A model generated the notes under the pieces. That model did no database searches. It was not told the origin of the DNA and was given only the letters and a program-made list of their open reading frames with translations. Shown here piece by piece: positions 34,318-47,369 of a stretch of 64,000 bases of DNA. This DNA comes from Caecitellus pseudoparvulus (lineage: Eukaryota; Protista; Bigyra: Bicosoecida), in contig CBFFRQ010000018.1 in assembly GCA_965644315.1 (NCBI GenBank), positions 496,001-560,000 on the forward strand. Direction: 5' to 3'. How positions within the stretch are numbered: the first letter of the stretch is position 1; every line of letters starts with the position of its first letter. Both the position numbers and the translations under genes were made by a program.

Positions 34318-37204
34318 ATGGGTCTTTCTAGAGTGGTTGCCGTGTTTTTGGTCTTGGGCTTCTTGAGCACGCGCGCTGCTGCGTGAGTACGGCAACTACA
34401 CAACCTCCAGCTACAGTGGCATGACCGAGGTTGCGTCCACCCACACGCAGTGCGGCACCAGGATACCATGGCTTTGTCCAGACCCCGCACCTCTTCCGCC
34501 CAGCGCCTCGTCGCTTGGACAGTGGCGGTACGTGCCACCATGGCTGCGATCATCGCACTGCGACAGATTGCCCCTTCCTCCCCTCATCTACCCTGCCGCA
34601 CAGCAGCGACCCCTCTCTCGCCCCTGTGCACAGTAAAGCACCCTTATGATGTTCTGACTGACATGTCTTTCCCTTTCACGGCCGCCTTTGACTGTTTCAA
34701 TGCCACAGGGCCGCCGCTGCAGAGTGGTTGCTGTCCGGAGTTGCTGGCTTGGGAGGCTGCTTTCGTGAGTGCGATCCTGCTGCGTAGGCAGTGTTCAATT
34801 GGCAGGATTCACCCACTTTGCCGCTTTGTAGACCCCCGAAGGCTCTTGTCTCCCGAGGCAGGTGACTCAAGCGTTCGATGCTCTGTTCGAGGGCACTGTG
34901 TCTTCGCAAGGCAATGAGGCTCGCTACCGAGCAGTTGCTGCCAACGTGTCCGAGCAGGTCCAGCGGCACATCTGCGGTTCAACGCAGTGTGTGGCCGTGA
35001 AGAACGCTGTTCTGGCTGCTGTTCAGAGGGAGCCCCTCACTGCCCCTGGCTGTGCCAAGGCAGCGATGGTGGCGTCCCCGTTCTGGGACAGCATCGTCTG
35101 CCCAGCACAGGGCAGCTCTTGCATGCTGGCGCAGTTCGGGCCTCTTGGGCCTCGGGTTTTGCCCAGGGCCCTGGAGGTTCGGAGCTTGATCGAGTCCACG
35201 GCATTGGCGTCAGGGGCAGCTTTGTGGGGCTTGGCTCGCACGAACTTCACTGCACCGTCCACCGTCATCGTGCCCTCGCCGCCCTTCGGGATGGGATCCC
35301 TCCCCCCCTTCGCGTCTGCAGGCAAGAACCTGTGCGGCTGCCACCCAGCACTCGCAGCGTTGAATGCGAATCAGTCAGCGTACTTGGCCCATGTAGCTGA
35401 GCAGCACTCGGGCTTGCCTCGGCGCATGGCGGGGGTCATGGCCAACTACTCCATGCTTTTTCACCGAATGGAAGCGCAGCTCAACTTCGCGTTGTGCAGC
35501 CCCTCGGGCAGGCCCTCTGGGAGAAGTTGCCTGGAGGAAATGCTGGCTGCCCCGTTCATGACCAACAATACGCAGCCCAAAGCAGTTGACAGGCTAGTCA
35601 GCATGTGGGCTTGGACGGAAGAAAGCGCTGGGTGCGGGTCATGTTCCAAGCGGCTGTTGACCGCTGCAGCTGGCTCCATTCGACAAGCGGCCGCCCTCGA
35701 AGTCCCGTTAGAGGAGCTCATTACTCCCTTGGAAGCCTCTCCTGACCTGGAGACCCGCTTTGAGGGCTCCACGGAGTGGAGCCCGGCCCCCGAAGAGCTG
35801 GACTACTTCAGAGGCAAGATGCGCAACGCAACCCGCACACTCGCTGACACGCTGGTTGTCCAGGTGGAGCAAGGCTGTGGCCGCGACAGCACTGGCGGCG
35901 TCTGCTTGCTGCCGATTAACACTACCCGTGAGGGCTCGGCGGTTCTGCAAACAGAATTACCCCTCGCTCGAGACTGCCCAGTGATGTCGGTGTATGCGCC
36001 CCAGCCCCAGGTCACGCCGCCCCCAAGGCAGTCGCCAGGCCCATGCACATCGAACTGCGTCGGTGCTTTGCAGCGCACCCTGGCCAGCACGGAGGTTTGC
36101 TGCCTCAGGCACGAGCTGCACGCCGGCTTGGCAGCCCGAGCTCGGAGGGAGGTGCATGTGCACCAGTTCAGAACCTTTGCTTGCCCAGGGGGGTATGTTG
36201 GCTGCACGGAATGGCCTGCTCGCAGCCAGCCCTTGTCAGTTCGGACGGCCTTCCAGCGCCTGCCACCCCGGCAGGCGGACCTGGTGGCGCTGGTGTCAGA
36301 CAGGGTTCAGGCGGCTGCCAACATCACTCGTTCCCTTCAAGTGACAGCAGATGAGTGTGCTGCTGGTGTCGTCCTGCCCAGTGGCCGGGCGCTGCCATGC
36401 CAGCCGCCTTCCTTCAACGTGAGCCGAGTCACCATTTTCCACAGCTTGAGGTGTTCGTGGCTTCTGGCGTCTCCCATCCGTCAAGCCCGATTCACCGCAG
36501 CTTTCATCGAGGACCAATCCCTTCTCCTTGGCATTCCCCAGTCCCAAATTTCCGTGCTGGGCATAAGATGTGGCTCCATTGCAGTGGAATGGACCGCCCG
36601 GCTGCAGCAGGGGGAGGCTGACCCAGGGCCGGCGTACGATGCATCTGCCTGCAGAGGGCAAGCGTCTTTCCCTGCGGTGACCGCCACAGTTTTTGAGTTG
36701 AGCACCGGTTCACCAGGGGACGCTGAACACGGCCTTCTTGCAGGGGAGACTGCCGCGTCTGTGGGATCAGAGGTGACTTGCACCTCGGCAAGCGGGGGGA
36801 ACTCCGACACGGAGCCGGTGGATTTTGTCACAATTGGCATCGTTGGTGGAGCAGTTGTCGCAGCGGCGATTGTTGGCGCGGCGGTCTTCGCCGTGTACAA
36901 GGCCTACACGGCGAAACACACCCTGAAAGGCCCCGGGGGTGTGCAGGTCGGTGTGGGCGCTTCAGGTGTGTCTGTGGGTGACGGCGAGCATGACGTGAGT
37001 ATCAGTCGGCGCCGCAAGGACTCCTCTTCCTCGGAGGAGGAGGATGACGTGGAGTCAGGCCCAGGGAAAGAATCAGCCGTCTCCCCGAAAGAGGCCGGCG
37101 AAGAACGCCTTAGCGGGGGCAAGAAGAAGTTGAAGAGTTCCAAGCTCGCGTGGGTGGAGGAGGACGTGGACATCATTGACGACAGCCGCGCGCCTCGGCA
37201 GTAG
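34318..37204 (+). CDS. Cys-rich type I cell-surface protein with membrane-proximal SEA-like domain, 4 exons
   Basis: Signal peptide MGLSRVVAVFLVLGFLSTRAA and about 26 Cys in the last exon. SEA-like segment LLLGIPQSQISVLGIRCGSIAVEW, TM helix IGIVGGAVVAAAIVGAAVFAVY and a charged cytoplasmic tail. Confidence 0.7.
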
Positions 37205-37235
37205 CTTTGCTCAGCGGTTCGCAATGTATTGTGCT

Positions 37236-39692
37236 TCAGATTTCTTCCGCTGCTGCGCCCAAGCCTGCCGCTTCATCCTCACCAATCATCACCAGCTGGT
37301 CCAGCACGTGGGCTGCTGAAGTGGCGGCTGTGCCGCCGTACACGATCTCGCGGTTGGTGGCAGCGGCGATGGTTTCCAACTGCGACGCTTCGAATGGTGT
37401 GATGCCGCCCAGGAAGAAGACAATGATGCGCGCACCCTTGCGTTGTGGGGGACTGTCAGCCATGAGGCGGTCGATCAAATCGTCCGCGCCAGCCCTGCTG
37501 GTAGGGTCTGCAGCCGCTGCGCCCGACTCACGGTCTTTGAACCGGCGCCCGCGGCGGTCCCTAGAGCGGTGCTTGTACTTGTCCAGCACCTCCCGAACAT
37601 TGCCTGCGTCACGGTCTCCACCGGCAGCGTCTGCTGGAGCCGCTGGCAGCGCCTCGTCGTCGGCTGGCTGCCATGCCGCGCCACCTGCCGAGGGACGGCG
37701 AACGTACGGGAATGCCTCCTCATCCAAGGTTCCCGCCACGAGCTGCTCCACAGCGGTGCGGACCTTTGGGTGGTATCTCACCACTTCTTCTTGCGACTGC
37801 GCCCGCTTCTTCATCAAGGCGTGGTCGAAGGGAGGAGCCATGAACTGCACCGCGCCCCGGTCTGGGCGGGTCGTGGGCAGGCCGAGGTACTGCGCGTTTG
37901 CCAGAGCCGACAGCAGAGGGCGTGGCAAGCCAGCCGAGGCGACCAGGGCATCCCACGTCGCAACATCACACTTGTGCGCGGTGAGGAGCCACATGAGGAG
38001 CAGGCGGGCCTTGGTGGTGGCCAGCACTTCCGGCGCTCGGAGCAGGCTTCGCAAGTTCGCCAGCACCCGGGACGGCTGCGTGGGGGTGCCGTCATCCTCC
38101 ACATCTGTCACCATGTCTTGCTCCACCCTCACCACCTCTGGGAAGGTGTGGTTCACGAGCAAGCGGTTGATCTCCTGCAGCATGGAGTTGTGCACAAGGG
38201 CGCGGTACTGCAGCTTGGACTCCCCGCCCTTGGCCAGGAAGGTGGTGAGCTTGCGGTAGTCGCTGCCAGTGGCAGCCGAGCCCAGGGCCTTGACAGTTTC
38301 GGTCTGCAGTTTCAGCGCGTGCAGGACTTCGCCCAGCTTGTCCGGCATGTCGGGGTATCGGGTGTGACGCAGTGTGCGGAAGATGGGGTCGCTGCGGTCG
38401 TCGAAGGACACGTGCACCTTGGTCATGCCGTCTGTGTCGGGGTTGGGCACACCCATGGGGATGCCTGGCACCCAGTCCAAGATGTCCCCCATCAGGCACT
38501 GGTACCCCAGGTCGTGCATGAGCACGGCTCCCAGGTCGTCCACTCTGTCCAGGACAAGCAGCGTGGCGGGCTTGGTGGGCAGGTTCTTCGCGCCAGACCC
38601 CCGCTTCGATGCAGCAGGGGCTGCACCCTTGCCAACAGGAGTCCACTCGGGGTGTTGCGCGGCATACTGATCCAAGTGGACCTGCAGCTGCGTCGCGAGT
38701 TGAAGTGGGTAGCACCTGCCCTTGCTGGATCCATCTGCGTCCCGTCGTTGGAAGTACCGGATGTGGGGCAATTCGTTCAGCGCGATGCACACCGTTGACA
38801 GACGGAAGGCGATGGTGTCCAGGCGCTCTTGCAGGGCTACCTGAGTGGCCTCGGACCGCACCACCGCTGCTGCAGAGTACAGCTCCTTCAATGCGTCTGG
38901 CATCTCCAACGAGAACATGTTGCTGTCCAGCGGGAAGAACTCCACGGCACACTCAGGCACGACGGGGTCGGGGTTGAAGTAATCTAGGAAACGCTGCTTC
39001 GTGGCATCTCGGCTTGCCTTGCTCTGGAGCTCGGCAGCAGCGAGCCTGGCATTGCTCTCAACCCTGTCCTGCGCCGGCTTTGACGCTGTGATGATGAGGC
39101 TTGCCCTGTTGTACATGGGCGGCGGAACTTCGAGGGTTATGTCAGAGTATATGCAGGGGAACAATCGCTCAAAGCAGTCCGGCTCAGGCATGACTGGCGC
39201 AGAGTAGTCCATCAAAATGCGCTCCACGTTGGCTCGGGTGGGCCTGCAGTAGTACACGACGTTCAGGGGGAAGTAGGCAGCGCGCCCGACGCCACTCAGA
39301 ATCTTCTGCTTGCTCTCAAACTTGTCCACAACTGCGGAGGGTGAGGCAGCGCAGCGGGCAAGCAGGCCGTGGGAGCAGGTACGCCGCAGCCCGGCGTTTG
39401 CGTGGTCGTCTCACCAGCGTAGCCACAGGCCAGGATGTCGGTCATCTCGAGGCAGGACGTCAGCACACGCATGGTAAACGTGTCCACGACCAAGACCACT
39501 TGTTCACCGTTGGCGATGTACTCCAAGGCATTGCTCTTGAGCACGGTGGTGAGGTCTGCGCACAAGCACGGCGAGGCGGGCGTGCTGGCAACTGCACTGC
39601 ACCTTGCTCCTGCTGCCAGCTTGCCACGCACAGTCCGCAGTCAGCAGCTGCAGCGGCAGGCGCTGATCAGGGTCTCTGCGACTTGACGCCAT
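37236..39692 (-). CDS. SEC1: Sec1/Munc18 (SM) family syntaxin-binding protein, 3 exons
   Basis: VLVVDTFTMRVLTSCLEMTDIL, VVYYCRPT, FFPLDSNMFSL, LSTVCIALNELPHIRY, LLVLDRVDD...MHDLGYQ, VEQDMVT and RIIVFFLGGIT. Confidence 0.9.
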
Positions 39693-39884
39693 GTTTGCAC
39701 CTGTGTGCGCCTGGGGGCCGCGGGGCGGAGGTGTCTATCCCCGACTGCGCAGTTGCAGCCCGCGCCGGCGAGAGGGCAGGGTTCGGGTGGGTCTGGAATT
39801 TGTCACGCGCGCCCAGAGCCACCGGCGCCGTGGCTGCATTGCGTGTTGCATTACGTCTGAGCCACTGGTCAACACAGTCCAGGC

Positions 39885-41704
39885 TCACTTCTTGCTCTCC
39901 AGCTTATCAAGGCGAGCTTCCAGCCCTGCCAGCCGCGCATTGACGGTCTTGAACTGCTCCGCCATCGCAGACAGCAGCTGCGACTTCATACCCTCCAGGG
40001 CGCCTGCCAGGGGACCAGCAGACCCGGCAGCCGCTGCAGCAGACTGGCCAATGCCATCCTTGGGTGGGGGGGGCACACTCTTGGGGCCTGCAGACATGCC
40101 GGGGGGCGCCTTGGCTGCAGCATCGGACGCCACCACGGCTGCCTCGGCCGGTGCTGCCGGCTCAGCTGACATGCCGCCTACATCTTGTGTGGTCGCACTG
40201 GCCAGCCCCGCCATGCGAGTGGACACTGGGCGTACACGGGAGGGGTTGAAGTGGGCGGCCTCGCTGAGCATGAAGCCCTGCAGCTCAGGCTTGGTCATGG
40301 CGCCAGTGCCTTCGAAGGCGAAGGACACCCGAGTGGGGCACTCCGGCTCGTCGTCGGGGAAGTGGTAGTCGGCGAGGTAGGGGTGGGCCAGCGCGTCGGT
40401 GACTGTGATGCGCTTGGCGGGGTCAAATGCCAGCATCTTCTGTAGGAGGTCGATGGCCTGGGGGTTGGCATGGGGGAAGAGCTTGTGGAAGGAGACAGGG
40501 GCGCGCTGTCCCATGGCCTGCACCGCCTTGAGCGCAGGGCGCTTGCGGATGAACCAGCAGTCCGCATCTGATGGTGTGCCCAGGATGTCGATGATCACCT
40601 GCAGTTGGTGCAAGTAGTTCCGTCCAGGAAAGAGAGGGCGGCGGCCGAGGATCTCAGCCAGGATGCAGCCGATGCTCCACACGTCGATGGCGGCGTCGTA
40701 GCTATCAGCGCCCGTCAGCAGCTCTGGCGCGCGGTACCAGCGCGTGACAACGTACTGCGTGAGGTCTGCTGCAGAGGCATCGTCCTCGCCTTCGCCCATG
40801 GGGCGAGCCAGCCCGAAGTCACACACGACCAGCTCACAGTTGGCGTTCACAAGGATGTTCTGGGGCTTCAAGTCTCGGTGCAGGACGTTGGCAGAGTGAA
40901 TATACTTCATCGCGCGCAGAATCTGGTACACAAAGTACTTGATGTGGCTGTGACAAGAGGGAGCAAGGCGTCCGGGGTGCTGATGCCGCGACATGCAGCG
41001 TGTGTCCTATCCGCGTGGGGCTCACCTGTCCGACAGTGTCTGGCTGCTTTCAATAATGCGGCTGAGATCCGTCTCCATGAGGTCAGTGACGATGTACACG
41101 TCCTTGAAGTTGCTGCGCTGGGGGGACACCTGCAACGCCAGGCGGAGGAAGGTGTCGACCTTGGCTGGGCGGGTAGCTTGTCTGCGCCGCTTCGCACCAT
41201 GATGTCCAGAATGTACAGCAGGTTCTCGTGGTGGTTGAAGTGCTGCAAGAGGCGCAGCTCCCGCAAGATGCGCTTGGCGTCAAGGAGCTCCCGAAAGGTG
41301 TCTTTGATCTGTGCAACGCGCGGCGCAAGCTGTGCCCCACGCCAGCAGCACACCTCCGCTGGCCCAGCCCGTACCTTCTTGATGGCCACCTTCGTCTTCT
41401 TCTTCTGCAAGGACAGCACAGGTAAGGCGTGGTGCGCTGGGGGTTTGGCTGGTCAGCCAACAGAAAAAGCGCCAAGAAAGCCGCGGCCGATCTTGCAACT
41501 CCCCGCGCAACGCGGGTGAAACGTCAACCTGCCCACAGCTTGACGTACGGTATCATAGGCAGCTGCCACAAAGCCGTAGGCGCCCCCACCAATGTACTTG
41601 AGCTTGGTGTACCGTTCATCTACGTCAAACTCTTGGTCCTTCACCATCACGCGGTGGTAGCGCCGCTTCTCCAGCGGGTACGGCTCAGTCGTGGATGCAG
41701 CCAT
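39885..41704 (-). CDS. Mitogen-activated protein kinase (ERK/plant-type), multi-exon, TQY activation motif
   Basis: [68 protein letters not shown] and common-docking-like [12 protein letters not shown]. Confidence 0.95.
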
Positions 41705-42011
41705 GGCGAATCTGAGAGTGTGGGGGCTCTCAGCACTCAGACAGAAGCCGGTTAGCACTGCACGGAGACCTTAGGATGGTACACTGCAAGGGGTAGTGCA
41801 CACATGCGTTGAGTATGCTGGTGGTGCGCGTTGTATGTCTCGCTGCGCCTGTGCGCCAGCTCACGCAGCACAAACCAAACCTTGTTTGGGGGGGGTGGCG
41901 CACCCTCTGCACTTGTATCAGTGCAGCACTTTCAAAACACCAACATCAACACTGTGCACCGTTTGTGGCCTGTACGCCCCGTTCGATACATTTCACAACC
42001 TCGTGTCAGCC

Positions 42012-44520
42012 ATGGCTGCCGCCGCCGACACCACCACCTGTGAGTGAGCCGCCTGCTGCGGCGGTGCCGCATGTCGCTCACCTCCCGACAATCGCCCCAC
42101 TGCTCTTCCACGCTCCCCTCTGCAGACGCATTCAGCGCTGATATCAGCCAGCTGCTGTCCCTGATCATCAACAGTGCGTGCCGTGTCCCACTTGCCCGCG
42201 TACGGCGTCCACGTTCCATGGCGTGGTGCTGCTGACACGCCAGCGCTCCGCGTTGCTCTTGCCTGGCCGCCGCCACTGCGGTGGCAGTGCTCAAACCAAG
42301 CATCCACTTGGTGTTGAGTGATCATGTTCGCTCTGTGCGCCCGGACGGTGTGCGGTGTGCCTGCGCTGCGCATGGAACTTCAGGCCCTGTTCTCGAAGCT
42401 CGGCGCGTTTTTCCATTGCTCTCCAGCCCGCGTCACTCAAGCGCCACTCGCAACTCCTCGCCTCCTACGCAGCGTTCTACTCCAACAAGGAGATTTTCCT
42501 GCGTGAGCTGATCTCCAACGCCAGCGATGCTCTGGACAAGATCCGCTACCAGTCCCTGACCGACTCCAGCGCTCTGGACGGCCAGCCTGAGATGCGCATC
42601 AACCTCATCCCCGACAAGGAGAACGGCACCCTCACCATCGAGGACACCGGCATTGGCATGACCAAGGACGAGCTGGTGCACAACCTGGGCACCATCGCCA
42701 AGTCTGGCACCAAGTCCTTCATGGAGGCCCTGCAGGCCGGCGCCGACATTTCCATGATCGGCCAGTTCGGTGTGGGGTTCTACTCCGCCTACCTTGTCGC
42801 TGACAAGGTTGTCGTGCACTCCAAGTCCAACGCCGACGGCAACTGGAAGTGGGAGTCCAGCGCAGGTGGCTCTTTCACCGTCACCGCCGACCCCGAGTCC
42901 GAGGGTGAGCTGAAGCGCGGCACCCGCATCGTGCTGTACCTGAAGGAGGACCAGAAGGAGTACCTGGAGGAGCACCGCGTGCGCAACCTGGTGAAGAAGC
43001 ACTCCGAGTTCATCGGCTTCCCCATCCACCTGCGTGTCGAGAAGACCGAGGAGCAGGAGGTCACTGACGACGAGGCTGAGGAGGAGGAGGAGAAGGAGGA
43101 GGGTGACGACGTCAAGGTTGAGGACGTTGAGGACGAGGGCAAGAAGGAGAAGAAGACGAAGAAGATCAAGACCGTCACTCACGAGTGGGAGCAGCTGAAC
43201 ACCCAGAAGCCCCTGTGGATGCGCTCTCCCTCCGACGTCACCGCCGACGAGTACTCCGCCTTCTACAAGGCCGTCACCAACGACTGGGAGGACCACCTCG
43301 CCGTCAAGCACTTCTCCGTGGAGGGCCAGCTGGAGTTCCGCTCCGTGCTGTTCACCCCCAAGCGTGCCCCCTTCGACATGTTCGAGTCCGCCAAGAAGAA
43401 GGCCAACAACATCAAGCTGTACGTGCGCCGTGTCTTCATCATGGATGACTGCCAGGACCTCATGCCCGAGTACCTGTCCTTTGTCAAGGGTGTTGTGGAC
43501 AGCGAGGACCTGCCCCTGAACATCAGCCGCGAGTCCCTGCAGCACAACCGCATCCTGAAGGTCATCCGCAAGAATCTCGTCAAGCGCTGCTTGGAGATGT
43601 TCAACGAGCTCGCCGAGCGCAAGGAGGACTTCGCCAAGTTCTACGAGAACTTCTCCAAGAACTTGAAGCTGGGCATCCACGAGGACTCCACCAACCGCAA
43701 CAAGCTGGCTGAGCTGCTGCGCTACCACTCCACGAAGTCCGGCGAGGAGATGACTTCCCTGAAGGACTACGTCGCCCGCATGAAGGAGGGCCAGGCCGGC
43801 ATCTACTACATCACCGGTGAGAGCAAGCAGGCTGTGCAGCAGGCTCCCTTCATGGAGAAGCTCAAGGCCAAGGGCTACGAGGTCCTGTTCATGGTGGACC
43901 CCATTGACGAGTACGCCGTGCAGCAGCTGAAGGAGTACGACGGCAAGAAGCTCATCTCCGTCACCAAGGAGGGCCTTGCCCTGGACGACGACGAGGAGTC
44001 CAAGAAGGCTTTCGAGGACGCCAAGGCCAAGGCTGAGGGCCTCACCACCCTCATGAAGGAGGTCCTGGGAGACAAGGTCGAGAAGGTCGTTGTCTCCAAC
44101 CGCCTGGAGAAGTCCCCCTGCGTCCTGGTCACCGGCGAGTACGGCTGGTCCGCCAACATGGAGCGCATCATGAAGGCTCAGGCCCTGCGCGACTCCTCCA
44201 TGTCCTCCTACATGTCTTCCAAGAAGACCCTGGAGATCAACCCCTTCCACCCCATCGTCACCTCCCTGATCGCCAAGGCCGATGCTGACAAGGAGGACCG
44301 CACCGTGAAGGACCTGCTGTGGCTGCTGTACGACACCTCCCTGCTGACCTCTGGCTTCTCTCTGGAAGAGCCTGTTGTCTTCGCATCCCGCATCCACCGC
44401 CTCATCTCCATGGGCCTGTCCGTGGACCTGGACGATGACGCCGAGGCCAAGGTCGACGACCTGCCCAAGATGGAGGAGGCTTCTGCCGATGACCTGGACA
44501 CCATGGAGGAGGTCGACTAA
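42012..44520 (+). CDS. HSP90: Cytosolic heat shock protein 90, 3 exons
   Basis: MAAAADTTT|[16 protein letters not shown]|[54 protein letters not shown] and terminal MEEVD. Extreme codon bias. Confidence 0.99.
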
Positions 44521-44836
44521 GCTCCGTAGACCCTCTCACCCGCCACACATGCTGAGTGTCCCGAAATGCAAATGTGAACATCAGATCCGAAAGGTGTAGA
44601 AGGCGGCCTCTGTCTCAGCTTCGAAGCTCGACCACTGCAAGCTGCAGCCCCGGCCAAAATCAGATGCTACACACTCCCCGGCATCCACACACGCCATGCA
44701 CTGGAAGCCTTGTCTGCCTCTGTGCATTGTTTCCCGCTGACTGCGTGCAGCGGCGAGGAGAGTATCTGGGAGCCGGCACCCAGCCACCACAGTGCGCCTG
44801 GGCCGACGCAGCCCCTGCTGAAGCAAGATTACCAGC

Positions 44837-46380
44837 ATGGCCGCATCCTTTGTTAGTAGCGAAGACCCTGCAGAGCTCTTTGAGCTGGTGGAGCGCCTGG
44901 GGGAAGGGTGCGTGTCCAAGCACGTCGGAGTTGCGAGGGCGTTTCGCAGTGTGCCGGCACCTTCGCCGCCCACGTGCTGCTGCAGGTCGTACGGTGAAGT
45001 GTACAGCGCCATTGACAGGCGCACATCAAAGACAGTTGGAATCAAGGTCATCCCTGGTGCGTCAGCTGCCGGGCTGGCCCCTGCAAGCTACCCGAGGCAC
45101 GCAGCCCCCACACCCACTTGTTTGCAGTGGAAGCTGATGCAAGCGAGTTGATGAAGGAGATCCAGATCTTGAAGGACTGCGACAGCACGTACGTCGTGGG
45201 GTACGTCGGGTCTTACATGAAGGATGGTGACCTCTGGATTGTCATGGAGTACTGCGCAGCTGGGAGCCTGACTGACCTCATGACAATCGGCAGCGTGACG
45301 CTCTCTGAGCCTGAGCTGGCGCACGCAATGGCTGCAACACTGCTGGGGCTGAAGTACCTCCACACCATCCCGCTCATTCACCGGGACATGAAGGCCGGGA
45401 ACATACTGCTCACAGACAGTGGTGTCGCCAAGCTGGCTGATTTCGGAGTCAGCACGAAGCTGCAAAACACCCTCTCCAAGCGCAACAGCGTCATCGGCAC
45501 GCCGTTCTGGATGGCCCCTGAGGTCATCCAGCAAAGTGACTACGTCACCAGTGCAGACATCTGGTCTCTGGGCATCACGGCCATTGAGCTGGCCGATGGC
45601 GAGCCCCCCTACGCCAACATCCACCCCATGCGAGCCATCTTCATGATCCCCAACAAGGACCCACCCACCGTGCGAGACCCCACCAAATGGTCCGCCCAGT
45701 TCTCTGACTTCCTGGCGCAGTGCCTGGTGAAGGACCCTGCCTCCCGCCCCTCGGCTGCTACTTTGCTGGAGCACCCCTTCGTGGCGGAGGCGGCTGCGGA
45801 GATCACAGGCAACGACGGGTCCAGCAGTGTTCTCAAGGCCCTGGCTCAGCGCCACATGCCAGCCATCGAACAGGCTCGCCGAGAGGACATGGAGTACTTT
45901 GACGAGGAGGAAGGCGCTCCCGAGGGGGATGGCGAGGCAAACCCCAAGACCAGCACACTGCGGGGCGGCACATTGACCTACAAGAACGGCACCATGATCA
46001 AGCACGGCACGCTGGTGAAGGCCTCCGCCATTGCCTTGGCCACAGCTGAAGCCAAGCAGCCTAGCTACTTGGCAGACATCGCAGCTGCTCCCGCTCCCGC
46101 CCCGGCTCCAGCTGCCGCAGCCGCTGCCGCGTCCGACGCTGCATCAGCTTCAGCACCTGCGGACCAGCCCGCGGCCACAGGCAAGCCCGCTTCAGCTGAG
46201 GCAGGGGGGCGCGACATCTGGAGCACTGATGTGGACTTCCTGTCGGGCCTGACGGCGGCCGAGCTGCGGGTGCGCGTGCAGGAGGTGGACGCAGCCTTCC
46301 GCTCCGCTATGGCTGAGCTGACGACCAAGTACGATGCAGCGAAGGGAGCGGTGAAGAAAGCCCACCGGTCCAAGAAGTGA
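44837..46380 (+). CDS. STE20-family kinase of the Hippo/MST1-2 (STK3/4, KrsA) type with C-terminal SARAH-like helix, 3 exons
   Basis: LGEG|SYGEV, LWIVMEYC, HRDMKAGNIL, KRNSVIGTPFWMAPEVI, ADIWSLGIT and HPMRAIFMIP. C-terminus DFLSGLTAAELRVRVQEVDAAFRSAMAELTTKYD. Confidence 0.9.
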
Positions 46381-46407
46381 GCGCAATGCATGCTCCGCGT
46401 CAGGGCC

Positions 46408-47369
46408 CTATGGGCCGCCAGTGCTCGAGGCAGCAGCAGGAACGGAAGGTGCGGCAGAGCCACCGGGCGTGGCTGGTGCGTGCTCCTGCCCGTCTCCATG
46501 TTGAGCACTTGCTTGGACAGCGTCAAGGATGGCAGGGATGGTGGCCAGGGCGCCGGCACCCGAGTCTCCACATGCCAGCCGCTTGGCGGGCTGAGGGGGC
46601 ACAACCACCCCGCACAGGATGTCCGTAACCACAGCCAAGTGCCGGCTTGTGAGGGGGTGCTCCCACATGGCTGTGTTCATGGCCGGCGCGATAAGCATGG
46701 GCTTCTGCCCGACTTCCCACGCCCGTGCAATGCAGGTCTGCGCAGGGTGGGCGCGTGCTGGAAGTGCGCACTTCGTCTCAGATCGAGCACGCGCAGGGAG
46801 CGCACCAAAAGATTATCAGCGAGCCCGCCGGCGAGTTTTGCCAGCGTGTTGGCAGAGCACGGCGCGATGAGGAGCAGGTCAGCCCACTTGCGAAGCTGTG
46901 TGGTGCGATTCGGCTGGCGGTGGGGATGGGGCACCCGCTCCCAGCAGAATTCGACACGCACCTCAATGTGAAGCACAGGGTCTTTGCCTACTTGCCCGTA
47001 GTATTGCCACTCGTTGGAGTCCCGGTACACGTGGATGGCCTTGCTGTCCGCCGGTGGCGCAGACGGCACCTTAGCTTCTTGGGTCTCCCAAGCAAATACC
47101 ATGTTTGGCAGGAGCGCAGCAGCTCCGTCAGGATCGTATATCTGGGCGGCATCGAAGAAGCCCCACGCTGCCTCCGTGAACACTGCTGCTACCTGCCAAA
47201 GCCAGCGCAGAGAAGGAGGCATCGGTGTCGCAGCGTCTCAGGGCAGGCAGGGAGCATGATGGCAGTGGCCGGCCCGTGGACTCACCGGACCAAGTTTAGA
47301 TAGCTCCCCCAAGAGCTGGAAACACTTCACAGTGGCCACGCTCCCAGAGAAGCCGACGACAGTTTTCAT
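46408..47369 (-). CDS. PPCDC: Phosphopantothenoylcysteine decarboxylase (HAL3/CoaC flavoprotein), 4 exons
   Basis: GFSGSVATVK, PVLHIE|LRKWAD, APCSANTLAKLAGGLADNLL, PAMNTAMW and catalytic LACGDSGAG. Confidence 0.95.

Noticed and set aside
42173-42472. Longer-than-usual HSP90 intron 2 as a possible snoRNA host (also carboxypeptidase intron 1, about 6470-6726)
   Set aside because: I found no convincing C (RUGAUGA) plus D (CUGA) box pair or H/ACA layout by eye. snoscan or Infernal would be needed.
42433-44397. 654-aa antisense ORF over HSP90, and similar long antisense ORFs such as 15829-19194, 12779-14668, 10775-12688, 4822-6084 and 37443-38798
   Set aside because: These are shadow ORFs produced by high GC and strong codon bias of the sense genes. 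They contain no recognisable domains.
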